DNA of 32,000 bases from Desulfocapsa sulfexigens DSM 10523 (GTDB taxonomy: Bacteria > Desulfobacterota > Desulfobulbia > Desulfobulbales > Desulfocapsaceae): positions 1,650,001 through 1,682,000 of the forward strand of contig NC_020304.1 of the NCBI RefSeq assembly GCF_000341395.1, written 5' to 3'. Position numbers and translations under genes: made by a program. Every line of letters begins with the position of its first letter. The stretch's first letter is position 1. Below are positions 24,813 to 32,000 of the stretch, piece by piece. The notes under the pieces were generated by a model. The model searched no databases. It saw only the letters and a program-made list of their open reading frames with translations, and was not told the origin of the DNA.

Positions 24813-27308
24813 TTAGCGTCGGGGTTTGCAGCGGGCAGTTGCCTGGGCAAGCAGCGGGTTGTCTGGCCAGTAGTGTTTTGGGTACCGGCCGGCGAGTTCT
24901 TTTTTTACTTCCGGGTAGGTGTTTTTCCAGAAAGAGGGAAGGTCACCGGTTACCTGAACAGGTCGTCTCGCAGGAGAGAGGAGATGAATTGTAACGGGAA
25001 TTTTTCCATCAAAAATGGTCGGAGTTTCAGTGGCTCCAAATATTTCCTGAATACGTACAGCAAGAACTGGTGCTTCTCCGGGTAGGTATTGTATCTTAAT
25101 TCTGGAACCGCTGGGGGCTGAATAATGGCTTGGAAACAAATCGTCAAGTTTCTGCTGCTTTTTCCAGGAAAGCCTGGATAAAAGTATAGTGTGAAGGTCA
25201 AGTTTTTTGAGTTGTTTGAGGCTGGTAAGAGATCCAATGTATGGCTCAAGCCAGGAGAGGTCTTTGGCGAGTGTCTGGTCGGAGACATCGGGCCATTGGT
25301 CTGGAGCGAATTCGTGGGCTATTTGGATCTTGGTCTGGAGATCGCGGCTTTTTTGTTGCCAGTTTAAACAGTGCAGGCCGGATTGGCGAATCCCTTCTGT
25401 AAGGCAGTGGAGAATTCGTTCTGGGGAAACATTTACAAGAGCTTCTTTTTTGATTGTAAGGCTGCCAAGGGAGAGAACGGATTGGCATTCAACTCTGGAT
25501 CCTGTCCACTCCACTCTCTCTTCATTTGTTAACAGATGAGCGTGGGAAAAAAGGATTTCTTCAAGAGTCAGGGCAGCAGCGAGGAAAATACGACCCTGTT
25601 TTTTTCCACCATCGAGATGTGCCGCTACCAGGAAATCTGCTCGATGGAGGTGGTCACCTTCCGGAAGTATAGCACCCCGGCCTGATGCAAGTAAGTGCTG
25701 ACTGGTCCCGGTTGTTCTCATGGCAATGCGGTCTGGATATGCAATTGCCAGGAGATTGCCGGATTCATGAAAGTGGCTTTTAGTCTCTTCTTTGTCGTTT
25801 ATCTTCAAAATGTGCTGGTATTGCAGGGCCTCCTTAAGGATACGGCGGCAGAGTGACGGATCTGCACCCCTTGCCCGAACCATGGTGGCTCCTTCCTTTT
25901 CAAACAGGTCAAGGATATCCAGGCGGTCTTCAATATCAGAACTTTGTTGAGCATTGCCACCACGAAAAAGATCTCTATTGTGTAATAATGCAGCAAGGCG
26001 GCAGGCAAGTATGCCATGCCCCTGTTGCTTGCCGTAGAGGAGCATCAGGGCAAGACGGGGATGCAGGGGGAGAGCCCCTGCCTTTTTGCCAATGTCAGTA
26101 AGTGTTCCTTTAAGGTCAATTATTCCAAGCTGGATGAGAAGTTCCCGGGCCTGTAATACAGCTCCTTCACGAGGTGGATCAAGCCATTGGAGTTCTTTAG
26201 GATCTGATACTCCCCAGCGTAAAAGTTGAAGTATCAAGGGGGCCAGATCTGCTCCAATAATTTCGGGGGCAAGAAAATCGGCTTTTGAATGATGTTCGCT
26301 CTCAAGCCACAATCGATAACAGATTCCAGGGCCAAGGCGTCCGGCACGGCCGGCTCTTTGTTCAGCCGAAGCCTTTGATATGGGTACTGTGTGCAGAGCA
26401 GTTAAGCCACTCGTGGGGGAGAACTGAGGAACTTTCATCAGTCCGGAATCAATGACAACAGTGATGCCTTCAATCGTGAGGCTAGTTTCTGCAATAGGGG
26501 TTGCCAGGATCACTTTTCTTTTAGCCGTTACTGCAAAAATTCTATCCTGCTTTTCCTGCGGAAGGTTGCCATACAATGGCAGACAGAGAACGTCTCCAGT
26601 AATCTGTCCTTGAACTGCCTTGATTTCACCTGCACCCGGTAAAAAAACAAGGATATCCCCTGTATCCTGTGCAAGGGAACGCTGGATGGCTTTTATTGTA
26701 CGCTGAACAGGGTAGTCGGATGAGAATCGTTTGAGGTAGTGGGTGGTTACTGGAAAACATCGCCCTTTTCCAGAGATTACCGGCGCTCCCCCGAGAATCT
26801 CTGCCACCTTGGAGCTGTCCATGCTTGCAGACATAATCATAATTTTAAGATCATCTCGAAGCTGCTGGATATCTAAGCAAAGGGCCAGTGCAAGATCAGA
26901 CTGGATGGAGCGAAGGTGGAATTCATCAAAAATGACCAGTCCGATATTTGCAAGTTCAGGGTCGTTTTGAATTATTCTTATAAAGGTTCCTTCGGTCACC
27001 ACCTCAATTTTGGTGTTTCCGGATACTTTTTTGTCAAAGCGGATGCGGTAGCCAATTGTGTTGCCGATGGTGTCACCGATCAGGTCGCTCATTCGTTTGG
27101 CAGCCATGCGGGCAGCCAGTCGTCTGGGTTCCAGCATGATGATTTTTTTTCCCCCCAACCATGGTTCATCGATCAGGACAAGAGGGACAATCGTTGTTTT
27201 TCCGGAGCCGGTTTCTGCAGCAAGAACAATGGACTGGTGTTTGTTGAGGCCATATTGGATGTCAGGTAATACTGTATGTATAGGGAGGTTGGGGAGTTCA
27301 GTCTTCAT
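24813..27308 (-). CDS. hrpB: ATP-dependent RNA helicase HrpB (DEAH-box)
   Basis: 831 aa. Motifs: Walker A AETGSGKTT, motif II DEFH, and motif VI QRAGRAGR. The length and C-terminal region are typical of HrpB. Confidence 0.93.
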   Translation of the reverse strand: MKTELPNLPIHTVLPDIQYGLNKHQSIVLAAETGSGKTTIVPLVLIDEPWLGGKKIIMLEPRRLAARMAAKRMSDLIGDTIGNTIGYRIRFDKKVSGNTKIEVVTEGTFIRIIQNDPELANIGLVIFDEFHLRSIQSDLALALCLDIQQLRDDLKIMIMSASMDSSKVAEILGGAPVISGKGRCFPVTTHYLKRFSSDYPVQRTIKAIQRSLAQDTGDILVFLPGAGEIKAVQGQITGDVLCLPLYGNLPQEKQDRIFAVTAKRKVILATPIAETSLTIEGITVVIDSGLMKVPQFSPTSGLTALHTVPISKASAEQRAGRAGRLGPGICYRLWLESEHHSKADFLAPEIIGADLAPLILQLLRWGVSDPKELQWLDPPREGAVLQARELLIQLGIIDLKGTLTDIGKKAGALPLHPRLALMLLYGKQQGHGILACRLAALLHNRDLFRGGNAQQSSDIEDRLDILDLFEKEGATMVRARGADPSLCRRILKEALQYQHILKINDKEETKSHFHESGNLLAIAYPDRIAMRTTGTSQHLLASGRGAILPEGDHLHRADFLVAAHLDGGKKQGRIFLAAALTLEEILFSHAHLLTNEERVEWTGSRVECQSVLSLGSLTIKKEALVNVSPERILHCLTEGIRQSGLHCLNWQQKSRDLQTKIQIAHEFAPDQWPDVSDQTLAKDLSWLEPYIGSLTSLKQLKKLDLHTILLSRLSWKKQQKLDDLFPSHYSAPSGSRIKIQYLPGEAPVLAVRIQEIFGATETPTIFDGKIPVTIHLLSPARRPVQVTGDLPSFWKNTYPEVKKELAGRYPKHYWPDNPLLAQATARCKPRR

Positions 27309-27507
27309 CGTCTGTATATACCATCACTTCTGGCTGGCCTCAACACGTCACGAAAAAAATACTATAAATTTACTGCAACTTCCTGGCAGAGTTGTATGAA
27401 ATGAGATTTGATACTATTTATGGATGGACATGTTGTTTGTCTATAAAATGTCTACCCCTTAAGGGGGTACTGAGAAACATGAAAAATGCAGGTTAGGAGG
27501 CAATTGT

Positions 27508-27771
27508 ATGGGAAGAGCTTTTTGGCTGACTGTTCTGGCGCTGGTGCTGCTTGGGATTATGGCTTGTACCAGTAAAGATCAGGCCTACAGAGGGGTGTAT
27601 GAAGGTTTTAGGATGAGTGACCAGAATCGTCAGGCCGAGGATCCATCCTATGATCCGGCGCAACCACTGGATCAAAAACAGCAAAGTTATGAGGAGTATA
27701 AGAGGGAGAGGGAATTACTTCTGCGCAGCAATGAATCTGCTGAAGATGATGGTCCGGGCACCCTTAATTAA
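27508..27771 (+). CDS. Small lipoprotein (87 aa), unknown function
   Basis: MGRAFWLTVLALVLLGIMAC is a signal peptide plus lipobox. An AGGAGG Shine-Dalgarno lies 8 nt upstream. The mature part is hydrophilic and charged. Confidence 0.65.
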   Translation: MGRAFWLTVLALVLLGIMACTSKDQAYRGVYEGFRMSDQNRQAEDPSYDPAQPLDQKQQSYEEYKRERELLLRSNESAEDDGPGTLN

Positions 27772-27814
27772 GTGAAGCCTGCTTCCTCTGTGCTGGCTGC
27801 CTGAATACACAGAT

Positions 27815-28315
27815 TCAACTGAGTTCTGAATGGATAGTCGGATGTTTGCGTCGATAGGTGTGCAGAGTGAATCTGTCCGTTTCCCCCATTCTTTTCTCTG
27901 ACACATGGTCGAATTGTTCCTTGGGGAGATGAGGAAAAAAGACGTCTCCCTCATATTCTTTATCAAGAACGGAGAGTAGAACTGTGTCGACCATATTCAT
28001 GGCTTCGGAATAAAGAGTCCTTCCTCCAATGATGAAAATTTTCTCATAACCTTTGCAGCATTCGATCCCGGCGATAAGGTTGCTTGTCACCATGCATCCA
28101 GCTATCTGGGGATCTTTATCTCTGCTGAGCACCACATTAAAACGGCCAGGAAGGGGGCTGGCAATGGAGTCGTAGGTCTTTCTCCCCATGATCACAGCAT
28201 GGCCCATGGTGGTTTTTTTGAAAAACTGCATCTCTTCGGGAACATGCCAGGGAATGCTGTTGTTGCGACCGATTACCCTGTTGTGGGCCATGGCTGCTAT
28301 GAGAATAAGTTCCAT
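27815..28315 (-). CDS. folA: Dihydrofolate reductase
   Basis: LIAAMAHNRVIGRNNSIPWHVPEEMQFFKKTTMGHAVIMGRKTYDSI and IFIIGGRTLY are DHFR signatures. Confidence 0.92.
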   Translation of the reverse strand: MELILIAAMAHNRVIGRNNSIPWHVPEEMQFFKKTTMGHAVIMGRKTYDSIASPLPGRFNVVLSRDKDPQIAGCMVTSNLIAGIECCKGYEKIFIIGGRTLYSEAMNMVDTVLLSVLDKEYEGDVFFPHLPKEQFDHVSEKRMGETDRFTLHTYRRKHPTIHSELS

Positions 28316-28486
28316 TGTGGGAGAATGTGTGAATTTAAGAAAAAAAATAGATAAAATGAAGGTGAATTGCTGTTTTTCCTGTATTTTATCTGTGGTTTTG
28401 TACTACACTTTGCCATTATACCTGTTTTATTTTCCTCTTACCGTAATTTTTTCCAGGTTAGAGTCCAAGAACCGTGGAGGCTGTAA

Positions 28487-30298
28487 ATGAATATAGATTG
28501 TCCCCATTGCGGGGTGCATGGGTCTGTAGATGATTCTCTTGCAGGAAAGAAACTGCGTTGCCCTAAATGCAGTAAGGTTTTTTTGATCACCGAGAATATC
28601 CTTCCCGAGGTTGAAGACGTTGGTATTGTGCACCAGGAAATACTGTATGATGATAAGCCCCAGGAACCTGAAATTGCCGAGCAGGAAGTGCTGGAAGTTG
28701 AAGATGATGCCGATCCCGAAGAAATCGAGGCACTGGAAGAGGAAGAAATAGCAGTAGAGATCGAAGAACCTGAGGAGCTGATTGAAGATTCGGATGAAAT
28801 TCCGACTCCCGAAGAGACACCTGTTGAAGAGGATTCGAATCTGGAAGAGTGTTCGGTCTGCGGACAGTCCTTTACACCTGAATTTATGGTAGTGGTTGGA
28901 TCTAAACGCTACTGCGCCCTCTGTCAGCCTGATTCTGAAGAAGAGGGGGGTGAGCTTCCTGACAAGACAGAGAATGACAACGACCCCGAGGAAGATGACG
29001 GTGACATTCTTGCTCTTATGGCCGATGGAGAAGAGGCTGATGTTGAAGAGGAGGGAGTTTTGCTTCAGGCCTGTTCAGGTTGTGGGGAATCACTCCACCC
29101 TGATTTCCTTGAAAAAGTTGGGGCTGAGCATTATTGTGCCCTCTGTGTTCCCGAGGACGTTGATGACTCTGATGACACTGGCGATGATGGAGGCATAGAA
29201 AATATAGAAACGGAGGAGGAAGAGGAGCCTGAACATGCCTTGCTAGAGGATGAAGAGTTGCTGGAGAAGGAATTGCCTTCCTCTGAAGATGAGAATGCTG
29301 AAGTTGCGGATGAAGATGGGTATCTCAAAGAGCCCTGCTCTGTCTGTGGTGAAGCATTTCACCCCGATTTTATGCAGGAAGTTGATGGCCAATTGTACTG
29401 TGGGGTGTGTCAGCCGGAAGTCATTGAAGAAGTGGTAAATGATGAGGAGGCGGATAGGGGTACCGATGACAGTACAGATACCATGGTTGCAGAAGATGAG
29501 GACTCTTTTGAATCCGACGCACAATTCACTATTGGTGAACTTGTAAAAGAGGCATGGCAGAAAACCAGGGGAGCAAAGGGTTCTATCTGGGGTGGTGTGA
29601 TGGCCATGTATCTGATTGTCTTTGCCGTGAGTTTTGGTGGAATGGCAGCCTCTCAGGCCTTCTATAAGGGAACTGATCCGATGGTGCTGGCAGGTGCAAA
29701 CATTACCTTGCAGCTCGTATCTAGCTGGCTTTCCATGCTTATGACTGGTGGTGTCATGCTTATCGGTGTCCGGCGTGCCCTTGAACAGCGGGTGAGTTGG
29801 AAGATGGCTTTTGCCGGTTTTTCTAAAGCTTTGTCCATGACCGTCGCGATTATTCTTCAGAGTATTCTTATTGTTATTGGGTTTATTCTCCTTGTTCTCC
29901 CGGGGATCTATCTTGCTGTTGGGTATGCCCTGACTCTGCCGCTCATTCTCGATAAGGGGATGGGGCCATGGGAGGCACTTGAAGCATCCCGCAAAGCGAT
30001 TCATAAGAAATGGTGGACTGTTTTTGGACTGTACCTGGTGATGCTGCTTATATCCACGGTTGCAGCTATTCCTCTCGGGTTGGGCCTGATATGGGTTATT
30101 CCGATGTACTTTGTTCTTGTCGGTGTCCTTTATGTACATCTTTTTGGTATCGATGAAAGTATTGAAGAAGAGTTGGATGAAGATCCTGAGGAATATTTTG
30201 AGGATGATGAAGAAGAGTATGAAGAGAGCTCAGATGATGAGTCTGAAGAACAAGATACTGAGCTGAAGGAGCCTTTCGTGGAGCCGGAAAGTAAATAG
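28487..30298 (+). CDS. Modular zinc-ribbon / poly-acidic / multi-pass membrane protein (603 aa), function unknown
   Basis: A GGAGG Shine-Dalgarno lies 7 nt upstream. Residues 1-34, MNIDCPHCGV..LRCPKCSKVFLI, look like an MJ0042-type zinc ribbon. Residues 40-345 are extremely rich in Asp/Glu and contain three CxxC-x17-CxxC modules. Residues about 365-555 contain roughly 5 hydrophobic helices (DUF975/YciC-like look). The tail at 556-603 is acidic. Confidence 0.85.
   Translation: MNIDCPHCGVHGSVDDSLAGKKLRCPKCSKVFLITENILPEVEDVGIVHQEILYDDKPQEPEIAEQEVLEVEDDADPEEIEALEEEEIAVEIEEPEELIEDSDEIPTPEETPVEEDSNLEECSVCGQSFTPEFMVVVGSKRYCALCQPDSEEEGGELPDKTENDNDPEEDDGDILALMADGEEADVEEEGVLLQACSGCGESLHPDFLEKVGAEHYCALCVPEDVDDSDDTGDDGGIENIETEEEEEPEHALLEDEELLEKELPSSEDENAEVADEDGYLKEPCSVCGEAFHPDFMQEVDGQLYCGVCQPEVIEEVVNDEEADRGTDDSTDTMVAEDEDSFESDAQFTIGELVKEAWQKTRGAKGSIWGGVMAMYLIVFAVSFGGMAASQAFYKGTDPMVLAGANITLQLVSSWLSMLMTGGVMLIGVRRALEQRVSWKMAFAGFSKALSMTVAIILQSILIVIGFILLVLPGIYLAVGYALTLPLILDKGMGPWEALEASRKAIHKKWWTVFGLYLVMLLISTVAAIPLGLGLIWVIPMYFVLVGVLYVHLFGIDESIEEELDEDPEEYFEDDEEEYEESSDDESEEQDTELKEPFVEPESK
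28850..29410 (+). repeat. Three protein-level repeats of a CxxCG-x-x-[FL]-x-P-[ED]-F-[ML]-x-x-V-x4-YC-x-x-C module
   Basis: The modules are CSVCGQSFTPEFMVVVGSKRYCALC (28850-28924), CSGCGESLHPDFLEKVGAEHYCALC (29072-29146) and CSVCGEAFHPDFMQEVDGQLYCGVC (29336-29410). All have identical Cys spacing and are separated by acidic linkers. The DNA has diverged, so this is not a recent duplication. Confidence 0.85.
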
Positions 30299-30363
30299 TC
30301 TGTTTGTTATGTAGTAGTTCAGGTAGTGTGAAATGGTTGTGCGAGAGCAGCAGGAGATGGAAA

Positions 30364-31248
30364 ATGCGTTCCCTTAAGGTCCATCTCCTGATGTTTATCT
30401 GTGCGGCTATTGTTTCCGGTTCTTTTCCGGTGGTGGCAGCTATCAGTCATGCCCTCGACCCCATCGTTCTCACCCTGATTCGTTTTGCTCTCGCCACCAT
30501 CGTTTTTGCCCCAATCGTCTGGGTTCGTTACAGTTTTGTGATCTCTCCCGGGACTTTTTTCCGTTATTCTCTGATTTCTGCCACCCTGGTCTTTTTCTTC
30601 TGGTGTATGTTTCTCTCGCTTCGTTATACAACTGCCTTAAGCAGCAGTGCGATTTATACCATCGTTCCTGGTCTGGCCGGTGTCTACGCCATGCTTATCA
30701 ACAAGGAAAGACTTGGGAGAGCACGTTTGATAGCTCTTTTTTTAGGAATAGCAGGAGCCCTGTGGATAATTTTTAAAGGGGATGTTGCTTTGCTTGCAGA
30801 ATTTTCCTGGAATAGAGGAGATCTGATCTTTCTTGCTGGTTGTTTTTTTGTCGGCCTGTATGGCCCACTGGTTGGCTTGTTTCATCGGGGCGAGCCTATG
30901 CTGCAGATGTCCTTCTGGATCATGTTTACCGGTACCTTGTGGTTGCTTCTGCTGGCAGGGTCCAGATTGTCAGATGTCTCCTGGGCTAGTGTTTCCCTAG
31001 AGGTCTGGACCGGTATTGTCTACCTCGCAGTTTTTTCTACCAGCATTACGTTTTTTCTTACACAGTATTCCATTCTCTTTCTTGGTCCCACCCGAGTTAT
31101 GGCATACTCTTATCTCAATCCTGCATTTGTTCTTGTGCTTGACCTGTTTTTTTATGGAACATGGCCGGGAGTGCGAATTCTTCCAGGTGTTCTTATTGTT
31201 TTGGCAGCCATGGTGGTCGTACAGCGGATGAAGTCTCCAGGTAAATAA
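30364..31248 (+). CDS. EamA/DMT-family transporter
   Basis: About 10 TM segments in two EamA-like halves. The ATG at 30364 (MRSLKVHLLMF...) has GGAG 8 nt upstream. The track start at 30304 is less likely. Confidence 0.83.
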   Translation: MRSLKVHLLMFICAAIVSGSFPVVAAISHALDPIVLTLIRFALATIVFAPIVWVRYSFVISPGTFFRYSLISATLVFFFWCMFLSLRYTTALSSSAIYTIVPGLAGVYAMLINKERLGRARLIALFLGIAGALWIIFKGDVALLAEFSWNRGDLIFLAGCFFVGLYGPLVGLFHRGEPMLQMSFWIMFTGTLWLLLLAGSRLSDVSWASVSLEVWTGIVYLAVFSTSITFFLTQYSILFLGPTRVMAYSYLNPAFVLVLDLFFYGTWPGVRILPGVLIVLAAMVVVQRMKSPGK

Positions 31249-31367
31249 TACTTTTCTTCTGTTTTAAAAAAAATATTTGTGTTTTGCCCTCTTCAGCACA
31301 TATACTTCAGGTATCTATTTGTTGAGACGGTAAGCGTTGAGTATACATTAAAAATCGGGAGAACAGC

Positions 31368-32000
31368 ATGTTGCGAAAATTTCTACCACAAAGTGTTAAA
31401 TTCAGGCTGCTAGGGTTAATAGGGGTTTCATTCTGTCTCCTGATTGGTGCCACAGTCTTTCTGACGGCAATGGAACGGAAAAAGACATTTCTGCAGGCAG
31501 AGGAGTTACGACTTGAGGCCAGGTATAGCGGGGTGCAAAAGGCATTTGAGGATGAGGCAACCTCTGCAACGGCTATGGCTCTTGTGGTTGCTGCCATGCC
31601 TGATGTTCAGGAGGCATTTTCTTCCCGTAATCGGGAAGAATTGACAGCATTGACTCTTCCTTTTTTTAACAGTCAAAAGGAACGGCTCTCACTGGCGCAG
31701 TTCCAGTTTCACCTTCCACCCGCAACTTCCTTTCTGAGACTTCATAAACCAGAGAAATTTGACGATGATCTTTCTTCTATTCGTCAAACGGTGGTTGAAG
31801 TAAACAGAACCAAAAAGCCAATTTCAGGGATTGAAAAAGGTGTTGCCGGCCTTGGAATAAGGGGAGTGGTTCCTGTAGCAATGAACGGGAGCCATATAGG
31901 CTCCGTGGAGTTTGGCATAAAACTCAATGATGCTCTGCTTATGCCCCTGAAGGAGACCTTGGGGGTTGATATATCAGTGGTTGTCCCCGAGGGGCAGGGG
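31368..32000 (+). CDS. Membrane sensor with Cache_3-Cache_2-type periplasmic domain (chemoreceptor or kinase N-terminus), 3' end cut by the window
   Basis: My own translation is open from the ATG at 31368 to the window end (211 codons), with GGGAGA 6 nt upstream. It has an N-terminal TM (LLGLIGVSFCLLIGATVFL). The segment FQFHLPPATSFLRLHKPEKFDDDLSSIRQTVVEVN...GIEKGVAGLGIRGVVPV...HIGSVEFG matches my memory of the single-Cache-3 fusion domain. It is absent from the ORF track because no stop lies in the window. Confidence 0.72.
   Translation, partial: MLRKFLPQSVKFRLLGLIGVSFCLLIGATVFLTAMERKKTFLQAEELRLEARYSGVQKAFEDEATSATAMALVVAAMPDVQEAFSSRNREELTALTLPFFNSQKERLSLAQFQFHLPPATSFLRLHKPEKFDDDLSSIRQTVVEVNRTKKPISGIEKGVAGLGIRGVVPVAMNGSHIGSVEFGIKLNDALLMPLKETLGVDISVVVPEGQG

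Noticed and set aside
29243-30139. 298-aa ORF antisense to the zinc-ribbon membrane protein
   Set aside because: The sequence is low-complexity and rich in His, Asn and Lys, with no motif. It exists because the sense strand's hydrophobic and acidic codon bias avoids stops on the opposite strand. The sense ORF has an SD and clear domain structure.
31307-31597. 96-aa minus-strand ORF near the window end
   Set aside because: It overlaps the plus-strand frame starting at 31368, which has an SD, a TM segment and a Cache-type sensor motif.
1-32000. Search for tRNA, rRNA, CRISPR arrays, tandem DNA repeats, and restriction-modification, toxin-antitoxin or known defence genes
   Set aside because: I could identify none by eye. 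There are no T-loop-like GGTTCGAATCC contexts with acceptor stems, no regularly spaced direct repeats, and no methyltransferase, nuclease or reverse-transcriptase motifs.

Overview
The window reads like a chromosomal segment from a sulfate-reducer-type Desulfobacterota genome, possibly Desulfobulbales. That taxon guess rests only on the protein families present and is not verified. I support about 31 protein genes. I saw no rRNA, tRNA, CRISPR array or recognisable defence, restriction-modification or toxin-antitoxin system. Two real-looking ORFs run off the window edges and are therefore missing from the supplied track: 1..672 (-), an HExxH lipoprotein, and 31368..32000 (+), a Cache-type sensor.

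Gene content by region:
- 1.4-3.7 kb: aldo/keto reductase plus an MFS transporter.
- 3.7-7.3 kb: a minus-strand cluster of a 78-aa orphan, two PilT paralogs and an unknown 299-aa protein.
- 7.3-10.3 kb: a long U32 peptidase and an SH3b/coiled-coil membrane protein.
- 10.4-20.5 kb: a plus-strand housekeeping run of radical SAM, CvfB-like S1 protein, GNAT, 2-hydroxyacid dehydrogenase, GDPD, YgeA-type racemase, FAD oxidoreductase, YciH, DUF2293-like protein, RhlE and AroC.
- 20.5-24.8 kb: an AT-rich, accessory-looking stretch. It holds a Y1/HUH transposase-like gene fused to a DnaA-C-like HTH and bracketed by 26-nt inverted repeats, a 546-bp ORF-free gap, a two-TM protein, a 57-aa double-zinc-ribbon protein, and an ArsR-permease pair with a perfect 12-8-12 operator.
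- 24.8-32 kb: HrpB, a small lipoprotein, FolA, a 603-aa modular zinc-ribbon/acidic/membrane protein, an EamA transporter and the sensor.

The best candidates for something undescribed are:
1. The PilT-PilT cluster. Each paralog lacks a different His-box histidine, and the flanking genes are an orphan small protein and a degenerate HD-like protein.
2. The 603-aa protein with one MJ0042-like zinc ribbon, three CxxC-x17-CxxC modules in poly-acidic linkers and a multi-pass membrane domain.
3. The inverted-repeat-bracketed Y1-DnaA_C cassette with an apparent leaderless promoter.

All functional calls come from motifs read by eye. No database search was run.
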